Positions 52,968 through 63,666 of a stretch of DNA of 64,000 nt are shown one piece after another. Source of the stretch: an uncultured delta proteobacterium (GTDB taxonomy: Bacteria > Desulfobacterota > BSN033 > UBA1163); NCBI GenBank assembly GCA_963708295.1, contig CAVPSJ010000017.1:480001-544000 (forward strand), written 5' to 3'. Made by a program: the position numbers and the translations under genes. The first letter of the stretch is position 1; every line of letters starts with the position of its first letter. Under the pieces are notes generated by a model, which did not search any database, was not told where the DNA came from, and was given only the letters and a program-made list of their open reading frames with translations.

Positions 52968-54382
52968 TGGAATCCCTCTATCCTCAACTGCCGGTTTTGA
53001 TGATCGATGACGAAGTACAGGCCTTGAATAGTTTCGAGATGGTCCTCCGCTCAGCCAGTATGAACCATATCCTCCGTTGCCAAGATAGTCGCAAAGTCAT
53101 GGAAATTTTTTCGAGTCAAGAGATCGAGGTGATGATGCTTGACCTCTCGATGCCCTACGTATCGGGGGAGGAGTTGCTTTTGTTAGTGACCAAGGACTAT
53201 CCCGAAGTCCCTGTGATCGTGATCACGGGATCCAACGATGTCGATACGGCTGTCGCCTGTATGAAAACCGGCGCCTTCGATTACATGGTCAAGCCCGTTG
53301 AGAAGAGCAGGTTGATTTCCGGTGTGAAACGGGCGATCGAACTTCGTGAATTACAGCGGGAGAACAAATTGCTCAGAGCCCATGTTTTATCCGATAAGCT
53401 AGAGCACCCGGAGGCTTTTTCAGAGACGGTGACCAAGAGCCCGGTCATGCGATCCATCTTTCAGTATATTGAGTCGATCTCGATCAGCCCCCAGCCGATC
53501 CTGATCACCGGTGAGACCGGGGTCGGGAAGGAATTGGTTTCCAGAGCCATTCACAAACTCAGCCAGCGTAGAGGAGCCTTTGTCCCGGTCAATGTGGCGG
53601 GGTTGGACGACAATGTTTTTGCAGACACTCTTTTCGGGCATAGAAAAGGGGCTTTCACCGGCGCAGATCAGGCACGGAACGGTTTGGTGGAACAAGCCTC
53701 GGGGGGGACACTCTTCCTGGATGAGATCGGAGACCTGAGCCCAATTTCCCAGGTAAAGCTCTTACGCCTTTTACAGGATGGCGAGTACTTTCCCCTGGGG
53801 TCCGATGTCGGAAAGCGCTCAGATGCCCGAGTCGTGGTCGCTACGAATCAGGATATTCAGGCCCTTCAGGAATCCGGAAAGTTCCGTAAAGATCTTTACT
53901 ATAGACTCTGTTGCCACCAGATCCACATCCCTCCGCTTCGTGAGCGACGAGAGGATTTGCCCATTCTTCTGGACCACTTCTTGGAAAAGGCCTCCGAAAC
54001 GCTGGGCAAGAAGAAACCTACCCCTCCGGGAGAATTATTGACGCTTCTTTCGACCTATGGGTTTCCCGGAAATATCAGAGAACTCCAATCCATTATTCTG
54101 GATGCAGTGAGCAGTCACAAATCGGGGAAACTTTCCATGGAGGGATTCAAATCCTATCTCCGTCAGAAACAACCCGCTCTGGATATGGATGCAAAACCTC
54201 TCGCCGGAGGAGAGAGGCTCATGGTTTCTTTCTCTGAACCGTTGCCTACCCTCAAGCAAACAGAACAGTTGTTGATTTCCGAAGCAATGAGGCGAGCACG
54301 CCGAAACCAGGCGACCGCTGCCCAATTGCTCGGAATCACAAGACAGGCGTTGAATAAACGTTTGAAACAGGGAGACCCATGA
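52964..54382 (+). CDS. sigma54-dependent response regulator (NtrC family)
   Basis: Receiver domain, GETGVGKE, GAFTGA, FLDEIG, FPGNIREL, Fis-type HTH. Confidence 0.95.
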   Translation: MMESLYPQLPVLMIDDEVQALNSFEMVLRSASMNHILRCQDSRKVMEIFSSQEIEVMMLDLSMPYVSGEELLLLVTKDYPEVPVIVITGSNDVDTAVACMKTGAFDYMVKPVEKSRLISGVKRAIELRELQRENKLLRAHVLSDKLEHPEAFSETVTKSPVMRSIFQYIESISISPQPILITGETGVGKELVSRAIHKLSQRRGAFVPVNVAGLDDNVFADTLFGHRKGAFTGADQARNGLVEQASGGTLFLDEIGDLSPISQVKLLRLLQDGEYFPLGSDVGKRSDARVVVATNQDIQALQESGKFRKDLYYRLCCHQIHIPPLRERREDLPILLDHFLEKASETLGKKKPTPPGELLTLLSTYGFPGNIRELQSIILDAVSSHKSGKLSMEGFKSYLRQKQPALDMDAKPLAGGERLMVSFSEPLPTLKQTEQLLISEAMRRARRNQATAAQLLGITRQALNKRLKQGDP

Positions 54383-54499
54383 AGTTCTTGGCTCGTCGTG
54401 AGACAAACTCCCCGACCGAGATAGGTCCTCCTGTCACGAGTGACGGATAGGAAAACCGAGACGAAGGGAGCCTTGAGGCATCGAGAGAAAAAGACCTGA

Positions 54500-56407
54500 T
54501 TAACTCCGGAGGGCGTCTTTATTGATGTCGATTTTGGTTTTGGACCGGAGCTGACCGAGCCAGTTCTGAAAGGTTTCTTCCTGTTTCTGGTAGCTCAGTC
54601 TTTTTTCAAGAGTTTTCTTCACGGATTGAAATTTGCTCTGATCCGCAGGCTCATGTCCGGATAGGGTGACCACAAAGTACCCGTCTTTTGTCCGGATCAC
54701 TTCTTTGGGCACCGGGTTTTTCTCGGTGAGAGACGCGAGTATTCCCATAAACTCTCTAGCAGGGCCGATCTTGGGAACGACCCCTGCCGTTCGGGTGAAA
54801 AAGCCGGTCTCTACCAGAGGATAACCCTTTTCTCTCGCTCCCTCTCTCATATTCTTGCCTGTCCGGATCTGATTCAGGAATTCTTCAGCGACCTGACGGG
54901 CTTGCGCCTCACCCTTGATTTCGATGACCTTTCTTTTCACTTCCTCTTTCACCTCGTCCAGAGGGGGAACCCGGGAGTCCTTCTTGTTTACCTGCTTCAG
55001 GACATAGTAATTGGGGGGGATGTCCACGACGGGGGAGATCTCCCCTACCTTTAAAGAGAAAGCACTGGAATAGAAGAGAGGATTCTTTCCAAAATCCGGG
55101 ATCTCGTCGCCTTCCTTGAAAAGGCCGGTGGTCTTGATGGGAACACCCTTTTCTCTCGCATACCCCTCCAGATCGCGGCTACGGAAAAGGGAGTAGAAAG
55201 CATCGTCCGCTTTTCGGGAGGCTTCTGCCTTGGTTTTCTCTTTTTTTAAGGCTTCAAGGATCTGGGTTCTTACCTCTTCGAAAGATTTTTGTTTCTCCTC
55301 CTTAACCTCCTCTATTTTAAAAATAAGAAAACCCTCTTTCCCGGATAACACTCCGCTTAAATCGCCCGCCTTCATCGAAAAGAGAATCGACTCCATCGGT
55401 TCACCCAACATTCCCTTTTGAACCCATCCCAGATCGCCTCCTTTCGAGGCATTTTGTCCTTCGGAATACTGCTTTGCCAGGGAGCCAAAATCTTTTGTCT
55501 TTTTAGCCTTCTCCAGGATCTCCTCGGCCTTCTTCTTTTTCGCCTCCAATTGATCCGGTGACTCTTGAGTCCCTGTTTTGACGAGGATATTCCTCACCCT
55601 GATCTGCTTGGGTATTTTAAAAGTATTCTTTCGTTGATCGTAATACCGTTTGACTTCATCCGGGGAAACCCGGATTTCACTCTCGAAATCAGAAGGTCGG
55701 AAGAAAAGGTATTGAATCTGGACAAAAGCGGGGATTCTGAATTCCTCTCGATGCTTCTCATAGTAGTCTTTCATCTCAATGTCGTTTGCGTTGACTTGAC
55801 TCTTGAAAGAGTCGGGGGCGATCTTCAGGAAGGTGAGGTTGATCCGTTCATTCTCAAAGAGATAGGTGTCCAGTACTTCATCATCGGAGACCTTCCCTTC
55901 GTTCGTCTTGATCAGGCTGACCGCTTTTGAAATCAGAAGATTTTCTCTTTGGCTTTGCTCAAATTCGTCAGGGGTCATTCGGTTTACACGAAGGAACCTT
56001 TCATAGTTCCTTCTGTCAAATTGACCATTGATCTGAAAAGCCGGGATCGATTCAATGCCCGCCCTCAGTTCGTCATCAGGAATACTGAACCCAAGCCTTT
56101 TTGCCTCTTGCAAGATGAGGATCTTGTCGATAAGGCCATCCAAAATTTTGTCTTTCAGACCGAGTTCTTCGATCATCTTCTCCGAAAAGGACGGGCCCAA
56201 AGCATCTCGATATTGCTTGACGGCGTTCTGAAAGGCGTCATTATACTCTCTCCAATCAATCGTGGTGTCATTCACCTTAGCGACATAGGTCATTTTTTTC
56301 TCGCGGAAAAAAGAGTATCCCCCCCACGAGATGAAAGTGACGGCCACCAATATCAGTATCCCCTTGAGCATCCACGAAGATGCATGTTCCCTCAATACTC
56401 TTAGCAT
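54500..56407 (-). CDS. ppiD: PpiD/SurA-type periplasmic chaperone, parvulin peptidyl-prolyl isomerase
   Basis: N-terminal membrane anchor, AFQINGQFD, LAKQYSE..ASKGGDLGW. Confidence 0.85.
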   Translation of the reverse strand: MLRVLREHASSWMLKGILILVAVTFISWGGYSFFREKKMTYVAKVNDTTIDWREYNDAFQNAVKQYRDALGPSFSEKMIEELGLKDKILDGLIDKILILQEAKRLGFSIPDDELRAGIESIPAFQINGQFDRRNYERFLRVNRMTPDEFEQSQRENLLISKAVSLIKTNEGKVSDDEVLDTYLFENERINLTFLKIAPDSFKSQVNANDIEMKDYYEKHREEFRIPAFVQIQYLFFRPSDFESEIRVSPDEVKRYYDQRKNTFKIPKQIRVRNILVKTGTQESPDQLEAKKKKAEEILEKAKKTKDFGSLAKQYSEGQNASKGGDLGWVQKGMLGEPMESILFSMKAGDLSGVLSGKEGFLIFKIEEVKEEKQKSFEEVRTQILEALKKEKTKAEASRKADDAFYSLFRSRDLEGYAREKGVPIKTTGLFKEGDEIPDFGKNPLFYSSAFSLKVGEISPVVDIPPNYYVLKQVNKKDSRVPPLDEVKEEVKRKVIEIKGEAQARQVAEEFLNQIRTGKNMREGAREKGYPLVETGFFTRTAGVVPKIGPAREFMGILASLTEKNPVPKEVIRTKDGYFVVTLSGHEPADQSKFQSVKKTLEKRLSYQKQEETFQNWLGQLRSKTKIDINKDALRS

Positions 56408-56642
56408 GGGTTCTCTCTCCTTTAAAGCTCAACATTAATCTATCCTTTCCGAAAACTCAAGGGGTTATCCGCCATTCCCGACCTAAGTTTTTCCCTCTAT
56501 GTACAGAATAGTTATCGACACAGAGGGGCGAGCTTGAAGCTTGCCCCATGAGGGCGGCGCTCCAGCTGCAGGGCAATGTCAAGACGGGCATTGATCCGGG
56601 TTAGCCTCAACGCAGGACTTATGAAGCCTCGGAGGGGATTTA

Positions 56643-56674
56643 GGAAGCCCCGCCCTGTGGGCGGAGAGCTTCAA
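56643..56674 (+). mobile_element. IS200/IS605-like right-end hairpin (orphan)
   Basis: GAAG-CCCCGCCC-TGT-GGGCGGAG-AGCT-TCAA; no transposase or tnpB nearby. Confidence 0.45.
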
Positions 56675-56753
56675 AAGAATCCTCTTGATTCTTTATGATT
56701 TTTGAGTAAAGAATTCATCATAAGACAGGCCAATTGCCTCTCGGGGGGAGCCC

Positions 56754-57983
56754 ATGTTTGAATTTCTATTAACCAGGGAAGAAAAGGAGTTGCAGGAAGA
56801 GGTCAGAAGGTTCGTCAGGGAAGAGGTGCCGAGTTCACTCATCCGGGCCATGGACGCCGATCAGGTGAAATATCCGAAGGAGTACATGAAAAGCCTGTCC
56901 GCGCGGAATCTCCTCGGACTTCGTTTCTCCAAAGAATGGGGAGGCAGGGGAATGAAGTGGACGGGGGAGGTGGCGGCGATTGAGGAAATTGGCGTCCTCG
57001 GATCGGGAATGAGCTGCCTCTACTCTCTGGTGAGCATCTGCGGCGAGGCGATCCATCATTTTGGGACTCCGGAGCTGAAGGGAAAGTATTTGAAGCCCAC
57101 CCTGGAAGGGAAACTCTGCTGTGCCGAAGCGCTCACCGAACCCCGGGGAGGGTCGGATTTTTTCGGCGCGACCACCCTTGCCAGGAAGGATGGAGAGGAT
57201 TATATCCTCAACGGCCAGAAGCGTTTTGTGGTGGGTGCGGAAGGGGCGGATTATTTTCTCGTTTACGCAAAAACGGCGAGTGAGGCTGAGCCGCATCGGT
57301 CCATTTCCTGTTTTATCGTGGAGAGGGATGCCAGCGTGGAAGTGAAGCACGTCTATGGACTTCTGGGGTCGCGGGGAGGAGGGACAGGCCGCCTCTATTT
57401 TCACGACACGCGGGTGCCAGCCAAAAATCTTGTGGGCCCGCTTCACGGAGGCGTTCTGGTCTTCAACCGGATGATGATTCCCGAGCGGCTGACCACTGCG
57501 GCCGGAGCACTCGGCATGGCCCGGTGTTGTCTGGAGGTCGCTACCCGGTATACCGACCGGAGGAAAGCCTTCGGAGAGACGATTCGGAAATTTGAAGCGG
57601 TCAGTTTCAAGGTGGCCGATTCCATCGCTAAACTGGATGCCGCCCGGAGCCTGGTCTATGTGACGGCAAAGCACGTGGACGAAGGACTCGATTCGAGACG
57701 GATGGTGTCCGAAGCAAAGAAGACCGCTACAGAGATGCTTTGGGAAGTCGTCAACCATTCGATGCAGGTCATGGGGGGAATCGGATACACGAATATCTAC
57801 CCGATCGAGCGCTTCTTCCGAGATGCCAGGCTTCAGATGATCTGGACCGGAACGAATGAAATCATGAATCTCCTCATCCAGCATGAATTCTACAAAGAGA
57901 CATTGAACAGGGAGAGTGGCGTAAGGGACGTCGAAAGAGATGCCATGGACCTCGAAGGAGAAGAAGAGAAGGTCTATGAATGA
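56754..57983 (+). CDS. acyl-CoA dehydrogenase
   Basis: [34 protein letters not shown]. Confidence 0.93.
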   Translation: MFEFLLTREEKELQEEVRRFVREEVPSSLIRAMDADQVKYPKEYMKSLSARNLLGLRFSKEWGGRGMKWTGEVAAIEEIGVLGSGMSCLYSLVSICGEAIHHFGTPELKGKYLKPTLEGKLCCAEALTEPRGGSDFFGATTLARKDGEDYILNGQKRFVVGAEGADYFLVYAKTASEAEPHRSISCFIVERDASVEVKHVYGLLGSRGGGTGRLYFHDTRVPAKNLVGPLHGGVLVFNRMMIPERLTTAAGALGMARCCLEVATRYTDRRKAFGETIRKFEAVSFKVADSIAKLDAARSLVYVTAKHVDEGLDSRRMVSEAKKTATEMLWEVVNHSMQVMGGIGYTNIYPIERFFRDARLQMIWTGTNEIMNLLIQHEFYKETLNRESGVRDVERDAMDLEGEEEKVYE

Positions 57984-58084
57984 ACACGCCAAATTTCAAT
58001 AGCTCCATTATCTCCCTCTCCCTTTGTGGGAGAGGGCGGGGGTGAGGGGAAACATACAATATCCACCCCCACCTCAATCCTCCC

Positions 58085-58326
58085 CGTATAGACCGGGGAC
58101 ATAGTAAATGGGTGTTCGGCACATGGGTAATAGTTGTTTTATATCTCTTAGTCAATGTTGGATGTCGTTTACCTCCCCTTAGGTTAAGGGGAGGTGTGGA
58201 GGGGTTACGATCAGCGACGATTCGGGACTTAATAACTCCCCCCAACCCCCTCTTACTCTAAGAGGGGATACCAACGATTGCGTCCATCAGCCCCTTGTCC
58301 TGTATCCTGTTACCTATGTCTTTGCA
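58085..58326 (+). mobile_element. IS481-like miniature element (copy 1) inserted in a REP stem
   Basis: Starts GTATAGACCGGGGACAT..GCACATGGGTAA, ends TGTTACCTATGTC; flanked by CCTCCCC/CTTCCCC; homologous to 60310-60556. Confidence 0.65.
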
Positions 58327-58492
58327 CTTCCCCTTGACGGGGGAGGATAACCCTGATTAATTTTTATTGTTTGTGCGTGATGTATTCGTCATGTAAAATT
58401 TGATTGAGTTTGGAATTCAGTTATTTAGATTTTACTGACGATGTTGAGATCGACACAACATCCTGTCTTAAGAGCAATGTGCCTAATATGAT

Positions 58493-59716
58493 ATGACGAC
58501 GAACGATCGTATTTGCATCACCGGAATGGGGGTTGTCTCTCCGATTGGGATTGGAAAGGAAGAATTCCTTCTCTCGTTGAAGGAGGGTCGCTCCGGCATT
58601 GAGGAGATTAGAGAATTCGATACCCATTTCTCCCGTTCCAAAAAGGGAGGGGTGATCCGTTCTTTTCATCCCAAAGATTTCATACCCGCGAGCAAGATCC
58701 GGCGCCTGGATCGGGCCAGCCAGTTTGCCATCGCAGCCTCCAAACTGGCGTTAGCCGACGCAAAGTTTTCTGTGACTCGGGAAAACAGCTCCAGGGTCGG
58801 GGTGGTCCTCGGCTCCGGTTTCTGTGGCCTGTCGAGTGCAGAAGAATTCCATCGTGGGCAGGTTCTCAAAGGATTTCTTGATTTAAACCCCATCCTCTTT
58901 CCCAATACGGTTCCCAACGCCCCTTCCAGTTATGTCTCCATCGAGCTTGGGATCCAGGGGGTCAATTCCACATTGGTTCAATCCTTCTGTACGGCGGAGG
59001 CCGCTATTATTTTTGCGTGCGATCAATTGCGAAAACGAAGGGCGGACCTCATTCTCACGGGTGGAGTCGATGAGTTGAGTGAGTTTTTGTTTCGGGGATT
59101 TTCGGAGCTTCACCTCCTGGCCGCAGATCGGGGATACGGAGAGAGGTCGTGCCCTTATGACAAGATGAGAAATGGTCTGGTATTGGGAGAAGGCGCGGGA
59201 TTGTTGGTCTTGGAGAGGGAGGAGCAGGTCCGGTCGAGGGGGGGAGGGATTTATGGTTATGTCCTGGGTTATAGTTTTGTGGGGAAATCGCCGAAGGGTG
59301 ACCCGTCTGAGGATCTGGGGCGTTCAATCAAAATGACACTCGAAGGAAGGGAAAAGGGTTTTGTCGATTATCTGAGCGGGGCTGGCAATTCATCGAAAGG
59401 ATTGGACGCCCTGGAGGCCAAAGGGGTTAAAAAGGCATTTCAAACGCGGCCTCTCCGAATTCCCGTCAGCTCGATCAAGTCGATGACCGGAGAAGCCATT
59501 GCCTCCGGGGGAATTCGAATGGTGGCCAATGTTCTTTCCATGGAAAACGGCGTCATTCCGCCGACCATCAATTATCTGAACCCGGATCCAGCCTGTGATC
59601 TGCGCTATATCATCAATGAAAGACTGGACCGGGAGATTAAAACCGTTCTCCATCTGGGGATTTCACCGGAGAATTGTTTTTCCTCTCTCCTGATAGGTGT
59701 CGAATGGAATGGATAG
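58493..59716 (+). CDS. beta-ketoacyl synthase family protein lacking the Cys-His-His triad (chain-length-factor-like)
   Basis: ITGMGVVSPIG, LGEGAG, IPPTINY; QSFC, SGAGNS and KSMTGE replace TAC, AHGTS and KSMTGH. Confidence 0.85.
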   Translation: MTTNDRICITGMGVVSPIGIGKEEFLLSLKEGRSGIEEIREFDTHFSRSKKGGVIRSFHPKDFIPASKIRRLDRASQFAIAASKLALADAKFSVTRENSSRVGVVLGSGFCGLSSAEEFHRGQVLKGFLDLNPILFPNTVPNAPSSYVSIELGIQGVNSTLVQSFCTAEAAIIFACDQLRKRRADLILTGGVDELSEFLFRGFSELHLLAADRGYGERSCPYDKMRNGLVLGEGAGLLVLEREEQVRSRGGGIYGYVLGYSFVGKSPKGDPSEDLGRSIKMTLEGREKGFVDYLSGAGNSSKGLDALEAKGVKKAFQTRPLRIPVSSIKSMTGEAIASGGIRMVANVLSMENGVIPPTINYLNPDPACDLRYIINERLDREIKTVLHLGISPENCFSSLLIGVEWNG

Positions 59717-60183
59717 CCGGCCATTGGAAACTCATCCTCCTCTTCACTGCCATCCACTTCTCCCTGGGGCGATCTTTCTCTGTGCTTTTTGCCATCATCA
59801 ACGAGATGCCTGCCTTCCTCTACTTTCCCTTGGCTCTGGTTTATGACTACGTTCAAATCCCGGTCTACGGAGCGATCCTGGAACATTCGAGCAAGAATTT
59901 CTTCCCCGTGCGATGGTTAAAAAATAAGACAGATCATTTCCTGAGCCATTTGAATGAAAGGCCTATTCTAAAAAGGGTCATGTCCTTGGGGAATGTCGGG
60001 TTGATTCTGCTCTCTGCTCTCCCGATTCGAGGCTTTGGAATTCTCTCAGCGAGCATCGTCAGTTTCTTTCTCAAAAAAGGAAGGGTGGAGGGGACCCTTC
60101 TCCTGATGGCGGGCTCCTTCATCGGTATTTTTATCATCATGGGAATTGCAAACGGAATCCTTAGAATCCTTTCTTTCTTTTGA
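59704..60183 (+). CDS. small hydrophobic membrane protein
   Basis: Several hydrophobic segments; overlaps the KS stop codon. Confidence 0.6.
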   Translation: MEWIAGHWKLILLFTAIHFSLGRSFSVLFAIINEMPAFLYFPLALVYDYVQIPVYGAILEHSSKNFFPVRWLKNKTDHFLSHLNERPILKRVMSLGNVGLILLSALPIRGFGILSASIVSFFLKKGRVEGTLLLMAGSFIGIFIIMGIANGILRILSFF

Positions 60184-60309
60184 GAGAGGGGGGAGAAATC
60201 GCCTCTTTAGCTGAACCCACCCCTACCCTTTCCATATCCCTGAAGGGGAGGGGTCGCGTTATACTATTCCTCCGAAGAAATTGACATTCTCCTCCCCTTC
60301 AAAAAGGAG

Positions 60310-60556
60310 TGTATAGACTGGGGGCATGGGTAATAGTTGTTTAATATCTTATAGTTAGTAAATGTTTGAGATGTTTTACCTCCCCTTAAGTTAAGGGGAG
60401 GTGCGGAGGGGTTACGATCAGCGCCAATTCGGAACTGAATAACTCCCCCATCCCCCTCTTACTCTAAGAGGGGAATACCAACGATTGCGTCCAGCAGCCT
60501 CTTGTCCTGTTACTTATGTCTGCGAACATCTGTTACCTATCTCACCGATCTATTCA
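60310..60556 (+). mobile_element. IS481-like miniature element (copy 2) inserted in a REP stem
   Basis: TGTATAGAC...GATCTATTCA ends with repeated TGTTAC(C/T)TAT boxes; interrupts CTCCCCTTCAA|GGGGGAGG. Confidence 0.7.
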
Positions 60557-60701
60557 AGGGGGAGGTTAGGAGGGGGATGGGTCTCAAGACACCCAATCGC
60601 CTTTTGGATTTTTTTTGTGCAACGAGTGGGTTAAGATAAAGATTTGGAAGGGGAGAGAGGAATAAAATGGCTGCGTTGAGCTCAGCAACAAAAATGATAC
60701 G

Positions 60702-62069
60702 ATGACACAACAACCCGATACCCGTAAAAAGAAAGCTCTGCTGATCTTTCCCAGGGAGAAAGGAATCAAGTTTTCTAATGATACGCTCTACCCTTTTCCG
60801 ATATTAGGCCTCACCCTCCTGGCCGCTCTTTTTCCGAAAACCTATGAGGTCAAGATCATCAACGAAGTGGTTGAAGAGGTCGATTTCGATGCCGAGGTGG
60901 ATTTCGTGGGGATCACCGGCCTGACTTGTGTGATCAAGAGGGCCTACGCGATCGCCGACCGGTTTCGTGAAAGGGGCATCAAGGTAGTTTTGGGAGGCAT
61001 TCATCCCAGCCTTTTGCCCGAAGAGGCCAAAGAACATGCTGACTCGGTCTTCATCGGCGAGGCGGAGGGAATGTTCGAAGAAGTCCTCCGGGACTTTGAG
61101 GCCGGGGAACTCAAGCCTTATTATAAAAATCGAGAGTGGCCAGATTTGAAGCAAATGCCCCATCCGAGAAGGGACCTCTTGAATAAACGTTACCGGCCGT
61201 TTTTCAAGGTGATCGAGACGACTCGCGGTTGTCCCAACCGGTGCGAATTTTGCTCTGTTCCGATCATCAGCGGAAAGCGTTATCGGCTCCGTCCCCTTGA
61301 AGAGATCGATCGGGAGCTGTCCCTGATCATCAAGAAGAAAGGGGAATATCTCATGGTCGCCGATGATAACGTGACCGCTAAAGAGGATTATGCCTTTGGG
61401 CTTTTCGACCTCTTCAAGCATTACGGAGTGAAGTGGATGGGGTTCACGACCATCAAGATTGCCCTGAATGAAAAGCTTCTCAAAAAGGCTCAAGAGAGCG
61501 GCTGCATCTCACTCTTCATCGGCTTTGAGTCGCTCCTCCAGGAGAATCTGAACGGCGTCTCGAAACGATTTGTCGATGCAAAAGAGTTGTCGAAATGGAT
61601 CAAAACGATTCAAGGCCGTCAGATTGGTATTCAAGGCGCCTTCATCTTCGGGTTCGATGAAGATGACTCCACGATCTTCAAAAGGACGGTGGACTTCGTC
61701 CAAAAAAACAATATCGAACTCCCTACTTTTTCCATTCTCACGCCCTTTCCGGGAACCCCTCTTCAAAAGAGGCTGGAAGAGGAAAGGAGAATCTTTGACC
61801 GTGACTGGTCGCATTATGACATGAGTCATGTGGTCTTCAAGCCAAAAAAGGTGACGGTCCAGGAACTCCAGGAGGGATACCTCTGGGCCCAGAAATATAT
61901 CTGTGCCCCTCGATCCATCTTGAAACGGCTGCTCTGGGGGCCCAGGAATCACTTCTTTCACTTCTTGATGTCAAACTTTATTCTGCGCGGGGCCCAGATG
62001 GAAGTGATTCGCAGGATCAAAGAGAAAGAACTCCCGTATGAGAATTCTGCTGATCTCCGTCAATCGTGA
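60702..62069 (+). CDS. cobalamin-binding radical SAM protein
   Basis: B12-binding region (VLGGIHPS), TRGCPNRCEFC, DDN, TPFPGT. Confidence 0.9.
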   Translation: MTQQPDTRKKKALLIFPREKGIKFSNDTLYPFPILGLTLLAALFPKTYEVKIINEVVEEVDFDAEVDFVGITGLTCVIKRAYAIADRFRERGIKVVLGGIHPSLLPEEAKEHADSVFIGEAEGMFEEVLRDFEAGELKPYYKNREWPDLKQMPHPRRDLLNKRYRPFFKVIETTRGCPNRCEFCSVPIISGKRYRLRPLEEIDRELSLIIKKKGEYLMVADDNVTAKEDYAFGLFDLFKHYGVKWMGFTTIKIALNEKLLKKAQESGCISLFIGFESLLQENLNGVSKRFVDAKELSKWIKTIQGRQIGIQGAFIFGFDEDDSTIFKRTVDFVQKNNIELPTFSILTPFPGTPLQKRLEEERRIFDRDWSHYDMSHVVFKPKKVTVQELQEGYLWAQKYICAPRSILKRLLWGPRNHFFHFLMSNFILRGAQMEVIRRIKEKELPYENSADLRQS

Positions 62070-63438
62070 GAGGATGCCTTTTCCTGTCTTCCCCCTGGGA
62101 CTGGCTTACATCGCCAAGGTATTGAGGGAAGAGGGCCATCCGATGGACGTCATGGATCTCTGTTTTTCTCAAAACGTATCGGTCGATCTCAAGAACACCC
62201 TTCATCGCTTCCAGCCCGGCCTGATCGGCATCTCTCTAAGAAATCTGGATAATCTCACTTATCCAACCTCTGTCTCTTATCTTAAAGAGGTGGAGGAGGT
62301 CATCGGGATTTGCCGCCAACAGGGTTCATCGCGATTGGTCATCGGGGGATCGGGGTTTTCCTTAGCCCCCCAAGAGCTCCTCCGGCATTTGGATGTCGAT
62401 TTTGGGATTGTGGGAGAAGGCGAGGAGGTTTTCGTGCAATTCGTAAGGAGTCTCGAAAAGGGTGAACCCATCTCTCCCTCTCCTTATCTCCTCGTTAAGG
62501 GGAGCCCTTTTCCGCCTTTGATCGAAGGGGCTCGGGTCTTTCCCGTCCGAAGTCCTGATCGGAGCTTTTTCGAAACGCGTCGCTATTTGGAAGAAGGAGG
62601 GATGGGGAATATTCAAACGAAGCGGGGATGTCCCTTCTCCTGTATCTACTGTACCTATCCTTTGTTGGAAGGGAAGAAGGTCAGGCTGAGAAAGATGGAA
62701 GAAGTGGTGGACGAGATCCAGCGCCTCGTGGAAGAGGAAGTGGATTACATCTACTTCGTCGACGATATCTTCAACTACCCGCCCTCCTTTGCGGAAGCGC
62801 TCTGTCGTGAGATGGTTCGAAGAAAGGTCGATGTCAAATGGAGCGCTTTCGTCAACCCGGCTTTTCTTAATGAAACGTTGCTGCAATGGATGAAAGAAGC
62901 CGGGTGCGATGGAATAGAATTTGGAACCGATTCAGGATCTCCGCGGATGATTGAGAATTACAGGAAATCATTCACCCGGGAAGACATCCTCCGTTCCTCA
63001 AGACTCTGTTCAACCTTACAGATCAATCACTGCCACTATCTTCTCTTCGGGGGACCGGGAGAAGACGAAGAGACGATTGAAGAATCCTTTCAGCTCATGG
63101 ATCAGCTTGATCCTACGGCGGTGATCGCCATGTTGGGTGTTCGGATCTATCCGGGGACAGAATTGGAGAAGCTCTCCATTTCCCAGGGGGTCATCCGCCA
63201 GAATTCTCCTTTGATGTATCCCCATTTTTATATCTCTCCAAATTTGGGAGAGAGATTGGGTGAGATTGTCCAGGAGAAAGCGCTTGTCAGGAAGCGTTGG
63301 ATCGTTCCCGGGCTGGAGATCAACATCACGAAAAATCTGATAGAACAGATACGAAAATTCCGAATTCGAGGACCCTTATGGGAGCTGGTAGGAAGGATGA
63401 AGAGATCAAGAGTCAGACCCCTCGGGGAATCAAAGTGA
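62038..63438 (+). CDS. lipid-biosynthesis-type cobalamin-binding radical SAM protein
   Basis: LLISVNRERMPFPVFPLGL, GISLRNLDN, GGSGFSL, KRGCPFSCIYCTYP, RIYPGT. Confidence 0.88.
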   Translation: MRILLISVNRERMPFPVFPLGLAYIAKVLREEGHPMDVMDLCFSQNVSVDLKNTLHRFQPGLIGISLRNLDNLTYPTSVSYLKEVEEVIGICRQQGSSRLVIGGSGFSLAPQELLRHLDVDFGIVGEGEEVFVQFVRSLEKGEPISPSPYLLVKGSPFPPLIEGARVFPVRSPDRSFFETRRYLEEGGMGNIQTKRGCPFSCIYCTYPLLEGKKVRLRKMEEVVDEIQRLVEEEVDYIYFVDDIFNYPPSFAEALCREMVRRKVDVKWSAFVNPAFLNETLLQWMKEAGCDGIEFGTDSGSPRMIENYRKSFTREDILRSSRLCSTLQINHCHYLLFGGPGEDEETIEESFQLMDQLDPTAVIAMLGVRIYPGTELEKLSISQGVIRQNSPLMYPHFYISPNLGERLGEIVQEKALVRKRWIVPGLEINITKNLIEQIRKFRIRGPLWELVGRMKRSRVRPLGESK

Positions 63439-63467
63439 CCCCTTTGGTTGTGCTTCAATTTGGGACT

Positions 63468-63650
63468 TGAAATTCGAAGCACGAAATTCGAAATGGTTGA
63501 AACTCAAACTTCAAATGACCAAAGCACTAAAATCTAAAACTCAAATGACGAAACGATTTTGAATTTTGGTACTTTGGACATTTGAGTTTGTTTAGAGTTT
63601 AGGTTTCGAGTACGGACGCTTCGCATCATATTCGGATTTCGAATTTTTTA
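63468..63650. repeat. palindromic heptad array (40723 family)
   Basis: GAAATTCGAAGCACGAAATTCGAAA ... ATATTCGGATTTCGAATTT. Confidence 0.75.
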
Positions 63651-63666
63651 AAATTGGAGGACGGAG

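Noticed and set aside
56835-57992. 385-aa antisense ORF
   Set aside because: Shadow of the acyl-CoA dehydrogenase on the opposite strand; no recognisable motifs
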